Source: an uncultured Candidatus Poseidoniales archaeon
Lineage (GTDB): Archaea; Thermoplasmatota; Poseidoniia; Poseidoniales; Poseidoniaceae
Assembly: GCA_964412625.1 (NCBI GenBank)
Contig: CAYPPO010000001.1
Span: forward strand, 2,323-66,322
Direction: 5' to 3'
Length of the DNA: 64,000 nucleotides
The notes below the pieces were generated by a model. The model had not been told where the DNA came from and made no database searches. It saw nothing but the letters and a program-made list of their open reading frames with translations. How positions within the stretch are numbered: the stretch's first letter is position 1; each line of letters opens with the position of its first letter. The position numbers were made by a program, and so were the translations under genes. Shown here piece after piece: positions 16,856 to 25,901 of the stretch.

Positions 16856-17818
16856 TTAACATCTATTTCTCATGCGAAAAACCACTGCTAAAGTCAAGAC
16901 AAAAATGACATCATAAATTCCCAAAAAATCCAAGGTATCGCTTTCGGTAATATCGACATCTTGTTCGGCCTCTGAATCACCGATATTGCCATCAGTTGCT
17001 TTATCTTCTTCAACTGAGTTAGAATTTACCATTATCTCAAAAACCGTAGTAATTATCTTTCCATTACCAGCCGATTTTATTGAAATAGTTATTTCACACG
17101 ATCTCGCTGGTTGTGATTCGGAGGCTGAAATTCTTATTGTGAAATCTTTAGTTGTTGAATTATCAATCTCTGTGTCCTTAATTGCGTCTAAACCCTCAAC
17201 GGATACACTTGGACAAGATTTCACCGATGATTCCGGCATTTTAATCACATCTTTTCCATTTCCGTTATTGGTGACTAAGACTTGATATTCTACCGAGGAG
17301 CCTGAATACAGTGTCTCACCATTTGAGACTGATTCTAGACTTAAGTCAAATACGGCTGGTACTGAAAGCTCTGCATCAATCTCTTGCGATGATGCCTGCT
17401 GCTCGAATATTTGCTCTTCTGCTGTCAGTATAAGAGTCATTGATTTGGTGGGTGAACGGTCAAAAGAATAGCCCGTAATATCGGATATTTCTATAGTAAA
17501 GGTTTGGTTATCAGAGGCCGGAATAGTTACTGACTCATCATATTCTAGTTCGATTGGAACCGAAGACTCAGCCCACTCAACAGAAATTGCAAGATTTACC
17601 TCACCCATTCTATCATTTGCTATGAAAAAATCTATTGAATCTAAAATGTCATCATCTCCAGACAACTCTAGTTCATACACACCATCCATATTTGTCTCCC
17701 AACCAACCTCCCACGATGGTATTTCGACCTGATCTTGGGCTGATGATTGCGAAACTGCGGCCATCAAAAAGGCAAGCGCAAATACGCACGAAAATGCTGT
17801 TTTAATGACTGGTTTCAC
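16856..17818 (-). CDS. Secreted acidic protein with CARDB/S-layer-like beta-domains and a C-terminal TM anchor
   Basis: GTG start directly follows the FAD-subunit stop (TAAGTG). Signal peptide MKPVIKTAFSCVFALAFLMAAVSQSSA|QDQ. VEYQVLVTNNGNGKD is a CARDB-like block. C-terminal LGIYDVIFVLTLAVVF-RMRNRC. Confidence 0.5.
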   Translation of the reverse strand: MKPVIKTAFSCVFALAFLMAAVSQSSAQDQVEIPSWEVGWETNMDGVYELELSGDDDILDSIDFFIANDRMGEVNLAISVEWAESSVPIELEYDESVTIPASDNQTFTIEISDITGYSFDRSPTKSMTLILTAEEQIFEQQASSQEIDAELSVPAVFDLSLESVSNGETLYSGSSVEYQVLVTNNGNGKDVIKMPESSVKSCPSVSVEGLDAIKDTEIDNSTTKDFTIRISASESQPARSCEITISIKSAGNGKIITTVFEIMVNSNSVEEDKATDGNIGDSEAEQDVDITESDTLDFLGIYDVIFVLTLAVVFRMRNRC

Positions 17819-18796
17819 TTACTCACATCCGATATTTTTTAGTGCTCTTTTGGTCAAAATCCTAACTACAGACCTGCGATAATTTGGCGGTAATGCGGTG
17901 TTATTTACTGGCTTTACTGATTTTCTTATTGCATCGCATAATTTTGTCAAACTTGAACCTTTTTCCCATGAAGAAATAAAGTTTGATACTTGTTCTGTAT
18001 GATTTTTAGGTATCGATTCTAATGCGGTTGAGGCTATTTTCAGTGTGGAGTAGTCTCCCTTTTTCCACACAGCAGACACTCCTGCCTCTGGAAAATCCCA
18101 GGATTCTCTAACCCGTAATTTCTGATAGCTGCCCATGTAATCAAACGAGTCCTCGGGTAGTGTCACTTTTAACATAAACTCACCCTGTTGAAGAACATTT
18201 TTCTTCATTCCATCTAGTTGGTAAAATTCACTCAAAGCAATAGTCCTCTCACCCTCTGGGCCCACTAGTGTAACTTCGGCACCTAATGCCATAAAATTAG
18301 GCGCTAGATCTCCTTGGTAAGTAGCCACACATAGAGTATTTTGATTCGGTATAACTCGGCAATCGGCCCCAGTACCACAATCCGCTTTGTGACACCAGTC
18401 GATTGAACGCCGCCAATCTTCGCTTTGATTATACCAAAAACATCTGGTATCAAGGCATAAATTACCTCCTACTGTAGCGCTTTTTCTAATTAGTGAGGAA
18501 GCTATTTTTGATGCTGCCTCGACAATCAATGGATGAACCCCCCGTTCAACAGTTAGCGATGATAATTTAGTCATACAACCAATCTCATAGGGAGTTACTA
18601 GATTAGCCTCAGGAATCTTTGCTAAGGAGATGACATGTGGCTTAGGATTAATACGCCATTTGTAATTTGGCAAGACATCTGTACCACCAGCAACCCAATC
18701 GAATTCCTCGCCTTGCGCTATTAAATTTGATGCAATTGATACTGCCTCTTCTGTAGTTTCAGGGTGATGAAGAATAAATGGTGGCATCAGCATCAT
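17819..18796 (-). CDS. FAD-binding (medium) subunit of a xanthine-dehydrogenase-family molybdoenzyme, with a Cys-rich insertion
   Basis: FILHHPETTEEAV..DWVAGGTDVLPNYK and ATVGGNL are FAD_binding_5 blocks. Insert: CLDTRCFWYNQSEDWRRSIDWCHKADCGTGADCRVIPNQNTLC. Confidence 0.85.
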   Translation of the reverse strand: MMLMPPFILHHPETTEEAVSIASNLIAQGEEFDWVAGGTDVLPNYKWRINPKPHVISLAKIPEANLVTPYEIGCMTKLSSLTVERGVHPLIVEAASKIASSLIRKSATVGGNLCLDTRCFWYNQSEDWRRSIDWCHKADCGTGADCRVIPNQNTLCVATYQGDLAPNFMALGAEVTLVGPEGERTIALSEFYQLDGMKKNVLQQGEFMLKVTLPEDSFDYMGSYQKLRVRESWDFPEAGVSAVWKKGDYSTLKIASTALESIPKNHTEQVSNFISSWEKGSSLTKLCDAIRKSVKPVNNTALPPNYRRSVVRILTKRALKNIGCE

Positions 18797-21603
18797 GAAT
18801 CACCGCCCATTTCTCGCTGGGTTTTCTTCAACCAAGCCCTACCTGCTAAGCCTAATTCAGCCAACTGTGCTGGATCCGGCTCAGTGGCCATTCGCCATCC
18901 ATCGACCTGATCTTCAAGCGGGATGTTGGGGTCAAAGCCAAACAGTACACCATTAACATAATGTGAGGTGTCTTCGGTTCTTTGCCGTGCCTTATCGCGT
19001 AATTTGTGCTCAGCCGCTCTAGCAACCAATTCTGCTTGCATCGGTCCGTGTTGTAATCTTGGGCATGGCAAATCAAGGCAATCGTCCAATTTCATCGAAC
19101 GGCGTTTTCGTTCAATCCCTTTGTATACAATATCAGGAGTTAGTGGTAAGTCTCTGTATCGCACCCCGACCGCATCGTAAACAGCATTTACGACCGCAGG
19201 TAAAATAGGTAACAGTGGACCTTCTCCAGCTTCTTTCGCACCAAATGGGCCTTCAGGGTCACAGGATTCGATGATAATTGGCTCTACATGCGGCATCTCA
19301 TGCACGGACGGTATTTTGTATTCCAATAAATTAGCATTCTGCAAATGCCCGGTCCTGCCATAAACCATTTTTTCCGATAAGACCTGACCGAGACCCATAT
19401 GACATGAGCCGATTATTTGACCCTTGACCGCTAACGGATTAAGCGCTTTTCCACAATCATGGGCAGCCCAAACCTTTGTACACTTTACTAGGCCTAATTC
19501 TACATCAACATCAACTTCTGCTACGTATGCTGAGAATGAATAAGCCGGAGCAAGTCCAGCTGCAGCACCTTTGTGGACGCCACCCATTGGTGGGGAGCGG
19601 TAAGCGCCACTCGCAATTAATGAGCCCTTGTCTTCCTGAGCCTTGTGAAGGGCTTTGAGATAAGACACTCCAACCGAAGGGTCATGCTTGTAGTAAATCC
19701 TTCTGTCATTCAAAACTAAAGTATTTGGATGGTAACCAAGAATATCCCAAGCCGCCTTTAAAATCTGCTCACGTATTTCTAGTGCCGCTCTTATCGCAGC
19801 ATTTGCGTTCATGAACGTTACCCTACTCGAATATGAGCCAAGGTCTACCGGAGAAGTATCACTTTCATGGCTACGTACATGAATCATTTCAATCGGCAGA
19901 GCGAGGACTTCTGCAACAACCTGAGCAACAGCAGTTGTCGAACCCTGTCCAATATCTGCAGCCCCAGTGTGAACGGTCACCCCACCATCCATGTCAACTT
20001 GGATATGGACTGTAGCATGTGGGAATCGATTAGGATCCCAATGAATGGGTAAGCCTGACCCGGAGATAAAGAAACCGCAACCTACCCCGATTCCTTTACC
20101 GAGTGGCATTTGACGAAATTTCTCATCCCAATTTGACCCTTTTCTGACCTCTTCAAGTGCATCTCGCATGCCGTTTGAAGTAATTCTAAAGCCGGTAATA
20201 GTGCGACTATGAGGGGGCAGTAGATTTGCCAAACGCAAGTCAATAGGATCGACATGCATTTGCTCAGCCATCTCATCAAGACCGACTTCAACTGCACATC
20301 GCGTGTTTACTGCCCCATGTCCACGCATTGCACCTGAGGCCGGTTTGTTAGTCCAAACCCGTGCCCCAGTATAGTGGAAAGAACCTAACTCATATGGCGC
20401 AGTTGCAAGTACTCCATTGTAGTATGAGGTAACATGCCCGAACGATGCGAATCCACCTCCATCAATTAGAGCATCGATATCGAACCCTGAGATTCTGCCA
20501 ATGTCATCTGCCGTCATCTTAACTTCAATATCACTTGGGTGTCTACCACGATTAATCCAGTACACCTCTTCCCTATCGAAGGTTATTCTAACCGGACGGC
20601 CTGAATTTCGGGCAAGAATTGCTGCGCACATCTCGTGCGGGAATGGATCTGATTTACCACCAAATCCTCCACCAACGAATGTTCTTATGACATTTATTTG
20701 ATGCATTGGAACATCTAAAACCGTTGACAGAGCCCTGTGAGTATAATGTGGTACTTGCTGCGGAGTGTATAATTGAAGTCGGCCATTAGCATCCCAATGT
20801 GCTACCACTGCATGAGGTTCAGTAAAGCCGTGATGAACCCCTTCCATGCTCCATTTACCATGAGATGAAGCGTGTGGATTGTCGACTAGAGAACGATCAC
20901 CAAACTCTTGGAAAACTCGCTTTTGTACATTGGTTTTTGACAAGTGATATTTGCCGCGCCAGTGGATTGGTTCGTCAACATCCTCTAAGCCCATTTTACG
21001 GTCAAATACCGGCTCTAAAATCTCCCATTCGATGTCAAATAGTGACAGGGCTTCAATAGCTATTGCTTCAGTTTCAGCACAGACGCAAGCCACAAGGTCA
21101 CCCATGTGCCTAACTTTTTCCACGGCCATGGCATGTTCATCTTTAGTTACAGGCAGCACTCCAAAACTATGTGGTGCATCTTTACCTGTTGCGACTGATA
21201 TTACTCCCGGCAAAGCCTCAACTTTTGACGTATCGATTGACTTTATCTTGGCATAGTGGTAGGGTGAGCGCAGGATTTTTCCGATGGTCTCATTCGGTAA
21301 TCTCACGTCATCACCATACCAAGCTTGTCCGGTTACTTTAGCATTTGAATCGACTAACTGTAACGACTTTCCAACAACAGTACCTGTTCTAATTCTGTCA
21401 TGAATGTGTGAGCCTGCTGGTTGTGGTTCTTTCCCCCCAACTGATTCAGGAATGAAATCTAAATCTCTTGGCTTCATCGTAGGATTAGAGCCACCGGAAC
21501 CGGGAGGTGGGAATACTTGTTTACCTGCAACTCTCTTCCCATCTTTACGCTTAGAGGAAGAGTTTCCCGGTTGTTGACGATATCCTGCTGACATGAATAT
21601 CAC
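18793..21603 (-). CDS. Molybdopterin-binding (large) subunit, xanthine dehydrogenase / aldehyde oxidoreductase family, with N- and C-terminal extensions
   Basis: VGKSLQLVDSNAKVTGQAWYGDD, TFVGGGFGGKSD, GAMRGHGAVN, GPFGAKEAGEGPLLP. Start options are GTG 21603 (4-nt overlap with the small subunit), ATG 21594, or ATG 21477. Confidence 0.85.
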   Translation of the reverse strand: MIFMSAGYRQQPGNSSSKRKDGKRVAGKQVFPPPGSGGSNPTMKPRDLDFIPESVGGKEPQPAGSHIHDRIRTGTVVGKSLQLVDSNAKVTGQAWYGDDVRLPNETIGKILRSPYHYAKIKSIDTSKVEALPGVISVATGKDAPHSFGVLPVTKDEHAMAVEKVRHMGDLVACVCAETEAIAIEALSLFDIEWEILEPVFDRKMGLEDVDEPIHWRGKYHLSKTNVQKRVFQEFGDRSLVDNPHASSHGKWSMEGVHHGFTEPHAVVAHWDANGRLQLYTPQQVPHYTHRALSTVLDVPMHQINVIRTFVGGGFGGKSDPFPHEMCAAILARNSGRPVRITFDREEVYWINRGRHPSDIEVKMTADDIGRISGFDIDALIDGGGFASFGHVTSYYNGVLATAPYELGSFHYTGARVWTNKPASGAMRGHGAVNTRCAVEVGLDEMAEQMHVDPIDLRLANLLPPHSRTITGFRITSNGMRDALEEVRKGSNWDEKFRQMPLGKGIGVGCGFFISGSGLPIHWDPNRFPHATVHIQVDMDGGVTVHTGAADIGQGSTTAVAQVVAEVLALPIEMIHVRSHESDTSPVDLGSYSSRVTFMNANAAIRAALEIREQILKAAWDILGYHPNTLVLNDRRIYYKHDPSVGVSYLKALHKAQEDKGSLIASGAYRSPPMGGVHKGAAAGLAPAYSFSAYVAEVDVDVELGLVKCTKVWAAHDCGKALNPLAVKGQIIGSCHMGLGQVLSEKMVYGRTGHLQNANLLEYKIPSVHEMPHVEPIIIESCDPEGPFGAKEAGEGPLLPILPAVVNAVYDAVGVRYRDLPLTPDIVYKGIERKRRSMKLDDCLDLPCPRLQHGPMQAELVARAAEHKLRDKARQRTEDTSHYVNGVLFGFDPNIPLEDQVDGWRMATEPDPAQLAELGLAGRAWLKKTQREMGGDS

Positions 21604-22178
21604 TTCGCATGTCCAGGTGGCATAGATGGCTCCCCTGGGCCGCCTGGATGAGGGTCTGGGTGAGGTGATGATGCCGGATGTGGTGCGGCGCTTTCTCCCC
21701 GATGTATCTTTGCTGCTTCTTGAATAGATTCAATGATTTGTTGATAGCCCGTACAGCGACATAAATTGCCCTCAATTGCTAAGGCGACCTCTTCATCTGT
21801 TGGCGATGGGGTTGCTTCGAGTAAAGCCTGTGAAGCAATCAAAAATCCCGGTGTACAGAAACCGCATTGTGAACCACCATATTTTGCAAAACAGGCTTGA
21901 ATTGGTGCGAGATGTGCTCCATCGGCTAAACCTTCAACGGTGATTATTTCCGAGCCCGAAACCTGACCTGCTAAACATAAGCAGGACAATCGAGGTTCAC
22001 CATCAATCATTACCGTACAGCAACCACATGTTCCGAGGTCACAACCACGCTTGACGCCCAAGGTACCAACTTGATCTCTAAGGACGTCGAGTAAGACTGC
22101 ATTCGAATTTATTAATAGCTCAAGTTCTTTTTTATTGACTGATGCACTCCAGACAGATTTGTCGGCAGCAGGCGTCAT
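21600..22178 (-). CDS. [2Fe-2S] (small) subunit of the molybdoenzyme, with a Pro/His-rich C-terminal tail
   Basis: GCDLGTCGCCTVMIDGEPRLSC and QCGFCTPGFLI..NLCRCTGYQQI are the two 2Fe-2S motifs. ATG 22178 preferred over the TTG at 22202. Confidence 0.9.
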   Translation of the reverse strand: MTPAADKSVWSASVNKKELELLINSNAVLLDVLRDQVGTLGVKRGCDLGTCGCCTVMIDGEPRLSCLCLAGQVSGSEIITVEGLADGAHLAPIQACFAKYGGSQCGFCTPGFLIASQALLEATPSPTDEEVALAIEGNLCRCTGYQQIIESIQEAAKIHRGESAAPHPASSPHPDPHPGGPGEPSMPPGHAK

Positions 22179-22261
22179 TTTGACATATTCTGAACCCACC
22201 AACTGCTCACCCGTTACACCGTATCAATGGATGCATATCAATATAGGGTTGAAAATAGGCC

Positions 22262-23851
22262 TCAAACTCGCAGTTGAACATTTTGAAAATCATCATCTCC
22301 GGTGAATGGTTCACTCCAATCATCGTCTCCAGGCAGTATTAATCCATCACCTAGTTTAATCAGCAAACCACCGATTTCCCTCTGCCTTAACTGTAATTCT
22401 TGCCAATGTTGTTCATTTCTACGCCAGTTCTTCCAACGTTTCAAATTACGCCAATTTCTTACCAATCTCGAGTAAAGTTTCATGTGTAACTTACCAGAGA
22501 TAGGCCACCAAATCATTAACACAAGAAACATCAAGACGGGATTTATTTTGGTAAATAACGCTAACAGCCAGTGCTTATTTAATAAGATGTACACCGGACT
22601 TTCAGTTGCTAGGAACATTACTGTTACAGCAAGCGATACAAAAACCCACCAAATTGGAAACATTATCACTGCAGAGCCAACTTTTAATGTACTGTGGATT
22701 GAATCCGATATCCCCCTTTTCTTTAATTGCCACATTGTCAGGTAATTCGCTTGGTAAGGTGGCACATTGCCTAAAATCGCGCTCCAGGTAACCAACCCGA
22801 ACATCCATGCACCCACCCAAATCCATGAGATTAGCGCACCTAGGTAGCCAAAAAATCCGGGCTTCTCGGGTTTTGCTGCAACATCATATGGAGTTGCTTC
22901 AATGGACTCTAATTCTGCAAAATGATCCTTTGATTTATCAACCAGTTGGCTAATTTTTGCGGGATTATGGGTGTTATAATATTCCCATCCTGCCCTCATC
23001 CTACGTGCTCCAATAACTGATTCCGAGAAGCTTGGGCGTTGTATTTTCTCTCCGCTCTGTACGGCTCTTTCTGCGTGTACCACACTTCGAGCCAACCAAA
23101 TTAATCTTCTCTCCTCCCACGAAGTTTTTGACAGGCTCGCTCGTTTTAATTCTGATTCTATAGATTTGGTAACCGATATCACCCATTCTTTATCATTCGA
23201 ACTTTGCTGTTCCTTATCCTCTTCCAGAGGTGGTAATTCAGGAAGTGACATCGGCCTCTCAAGGATGACTGCCCCACGTTCTCTAAATTTTTGTGAGTTA
23301 GAGTAATGTAATCCGACCGGTATCAGATTTGGTTTTGGCTTACCGTTTAATTCGGCATTTCTCAATGCCATCAACATAATTCTTGCCGCTCCTGTTTTAG
23401 CCTTGTGAACATTTGCTTCTGAGTGAGTTTTCCCCTCGGGAAATAGTAATAATCGGCCACCATTGGAAATCTCATTACCAACATTTTCTAACATAGTAGT
23501 GTTGTTTTTCTTAGCCTTCTCTTCATCACCACTATCTACTGCTCGGTAAATTGGTAACGCTCCCGCTGCTGAGAATAATCTCCCTAATATGGGTAAATCA
23601 AACAATGTGTGTTTTGCCAAAATCGATAATTTACCCGGCAAGGATGCGTGCAGTAATACTGGGTCAATCAAACCACTTGGATGCCATGCAACAAACATTA
23701 TGCCGCCATCATGTGGCATGTTTTCGTTATCGACAATGTCCAACTCTCTAAACCATGTCGACATTAGTGACCGGTTAAATTTTCGTAGCAATTTGTAGGT
23801 TAAACCTAATTTTGGGTGCCCTGGACCCTCCGGGTCTTTGAGCCACGCCAT
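22262..23851 (-). CDS. PlsC/GPAT-superfamily glycerolipid acyltransferase with a C-terminal polytopic membrane domain
   Basis: FVAWHPSGLIDPVLL (H-x-D catalytic-block analogue), ALPIYR, LLLFPEGKTHSE..AKTGAARI (FPEG block). About 4 TM helices in the C-terminal third. Confidence 0.65.
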   Translation of the reverse strand: MAWLKDPEGPGHPKLGLTYKLLRKFNRSLMSTWFRELDIVDNENMPHDGGIMFVAWHPSGLIDPVLLHASLPGKLSILAKHTLFDLPILGRLFSAAGALPIYRAVDSGDEEKAKKNNTTMLENVGNEISNGGRLLLFPEGKTHSEANVHKAKTGAARIMLMALRNAELNGKPKPNLIPVGLHYSNSQKFRERGAVILERPMSLPELPPLEEDKEQQSSNDKEWVISVTKSIESELKRASLSKTSWEERRLIWLARSVVHAERAVQSGEKIQRPSFSESVIGARRMRAGWEYYNTHNPAKISQLVDKSKDHFAELESIEATPYDVAAKPEKPGFFGYLGALISWIWVGAWMFGLVTWSAILGNVPPYQANYLTMWQLKKRGISDSIHSTLKVGSAVIMFPIWWVFVSLAVTVMFLATESPVYILLNKHWLLALFTKINPVLMFLVLMIWWPISGKLHMKLYSRLVRNWRNLKRWKNWRRNEQHWQELQLRQREIGGLLIKLGDGLILPGDDDWSEPFTGDDDFQNVQLRV

Positions 23852-23922
23852 GACCGGTTGTCACAGTATGCCATTCATTACACCACCGCCTGCAACGGAA
23901 GAGTTTGAGGCTTTTACTACAA

Positions 23923-25836
23923 TCAGTTCTCTAGGTTGTCATCAGTCTCTACTTTTCTCTGATTTACGAAGATAGCAATTGCAGAAGCAACAGAAATTGA
24001 AAGGAATGTAAAACCAGGCGTCTCCTCTGATTTAACTATGTATGCTGAGGCGGTATCCACCAACATCACATCTATCGTAACTAATGGTGATGAGGAATGA
24101 CCTCCAGAGTCGTTAGATTGTAGTCCACGAATAGAAATGGTGTGGTTTCCTTCAAGGTCTATTCCAGGAAGATACTCAAATTGGCTTATTATATCGATTG
24201 CAGAAATTTCCCCCTCAGTATCAGCTGAATCATATGATTGTAGGTTGGTCCAGTCATCGACTATGTGATTACTACGCCATTGGATTGTTTCAATACCTCC
24301 TTTAGTTGTGAATTTAATTGACTCTTTTGGAGAAAGGTGAGTATGTGAATTGTCATGTGTCGGGTCATTTTGTATGATAATTTCTAGACTGGTATCGAAC
24401 AAGTAATATTTCTCAGCAGCTGCAAGCACCGATTCGAGAGCGCGCACCTCACCATGACCGTAGACATTGTTTTGACGATTTTTAGTTACCAGGTTTTGTG
24501 CATCATTATCGTCGCAACCATCTACACCTGCAGGATCTCCCATGTAGGTACAAGCACGGTATTCTGCAGTCTCCTGCATGAAATTCCTAACCTCAAACGG
24601 GCTCAATGCAGGATTTGCTTGTAACATTAGTGCAGCAACTCCTGCTGCACCAGGAGTAGCCATTGAAGTACCGGACATGTCTGTGTATTGGTCGCCAGTA
24701 TTATGAGCGACTGACATCACATTTGATCCAACATATGCAACGTTAGGTTTGACTCTATTCTCTTCGGTTGGGCCTTGGCTTGAATAAGCTGCTATCGAGG
24801 AATCTTTGTCAAGCGCACCGACTGTAATTGCATCTTCAGCACTACCTGGCGTGCCAATAGTTCCTCTGCCAGCCGAATTTCCTGCTGCAATAAACAGCGT
24901 TATATCATTGTAAACCATTTCATTAGCCATTCTGTTAACGCTATCTTCTTCTGATGATTGCCATTCAATAATCCCAAAAGCACCCAATGACATTGAAGCA
25001 ACTCTGATATTATACTGATAGCGATTATCTATGGTCCACTGCATTCCAGCCATGACAACGGCAAATGAACCAGATCCACCTGCGTCTAGAACCTTGACTC
25101 CGACTAATTTTGCCTTAGGAGCCATTCCCGGATTTTCATACGTTGGAGCGCCTGTTCCCGCAGTTGTACCTGCACAGTGAGAGCCATGCCCTTGGTCGTC
25201 GTAAGGGAATACTTCAGTGCCATTGGTCAAACTTGGGTTGTTTACCGGGTCATAAAATGCTATAACTTTAGGGTCAACTGTTTCTGGGTTATCATCTTGG
25301 TCATCTAGACTGGCGTGCGCTCCATCAATACCTGTATCAATAATCGCAACTGTGGTTCCCGAACCATCATATCCGGTATTATCCCAAGCAGTATCTACCC
25401 CATGTAGTGTAACTGCATCACCATTCTGAATCGTCATTATACCATCTAATTCTAGCATAACTACGCCGGGTAAATCTGTGGTCTCATCCAATAGCGAAAC
25501 TGGGATCCTTCCCGCAACAGCATCAATCCCCGGGAGATACCACTCATGTTCATAATCTACAGATTCTGCAAGCATTTGTACGTCAGCAGAATCTGGAGTG
25601 TGGTCAAAATCAACAATAATTGGTAAAGTCCCGTCTTTCAGCAAGATTGGATTGTCTATATGCCGTTCAATCATATCCCCTATACCGTTTTTGTTTCGGT
25701 CAACCGTGGTATCGACCCACCAGCCTTCTTCGTCAGCAGTTGAATTTTCAGCCTGTACTGGCACAACTGCAGCAAGAGAGGGTACAAGCATTAGCGTAAT
25801 CAAAGCAATCGAAATTACGTTACTCATCTTTGTCAT
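23923..25836 (-). CDS. Secreted subtilisin-family (S8) serine protease with a PGF-CTERM-like anchor
   Basis: Signal peptide ISIALITLMLVPSLAAV. Triad blocks VAIIDTGID, HGSHCAGT, GTSMATPGAAG. C-terminus ETPGFTFLSISVASAIAIFVNQRK. Confidence 0.85.
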   Translation of the reverse strand: MTKMSNVISIALITLMLVPSLAAVVPVQAENSTADEEGWWVDTTVDRNKNGIGDMIERHIDNPILLKDGTLPIIVDFDHTPDSADVQMLAESVDYEHEWYLPGIDAVAGRIPVSLLDETTDLPGVVMLELDGIMTIQNGDAVTLHGVDTAWDNTGYDGSGTTVAIIDTGIDGAHASLDDQDDNPETVDPKVIAFYDPVNNPSLTNGTEVFPYDDQGHGSHCAGTTAGTGAPTYENPGMAPKAKLVGVKVLDAGGSGSFAVVMAGMQWTIDNRYQYNIRVASMSLGAFGIIEWQSSEEDSVNRMANEMVYNDITLFIAAGNSAGRGTIGTPGSAEDAITVGALDKDSSIAAYSSQGPTEENRVKPNVAYVGSNVMSVAHNTGDQYTDMSGTSMATPGAAGVAALMLQANPALSPFEVRNFMQETAEYRACTYMGDPAGVDGCDDNDAQNLVTKNRQNNVYGHGEVRALESVLAAAEKYYLFDTSLEIIIQNDPTHDNSHTHLSPKESIKFTTKGGIETIQWRSNHIVDDWTNLQSYDSADTEGEISAIDIISQFEYLPGIDLEGNHTISIRGLQSNDSGGHSSSPLVTIDVMLVDTASAYIVKSEETPGFTFLSISVASAIAIFVNQRKVETDDNLEN

Positions 25837-25901
25837 ACGACTATCCGAATAATCACTGATTAATCAATAATTGGTCTCTTAGTACATGGGTTGTTAGAAG
25901 C

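Noticed and set aside
17819-22202. Calling the S/L/M molybdoenzyme an aerobic carbon-monoxide dehydrogenase (CoxSLM)
   Set aside because: The large subunit shows GAMRGHG at the active-site-loop region. I could not find the form I (AYRCSFR) or form II (AYRGAGR) CoxL motifs. The FAD subunit also has a Cys-rich insert that CoxM lacks. The enzyme is kept as a generic xanthine-dehydrogenase-family member.
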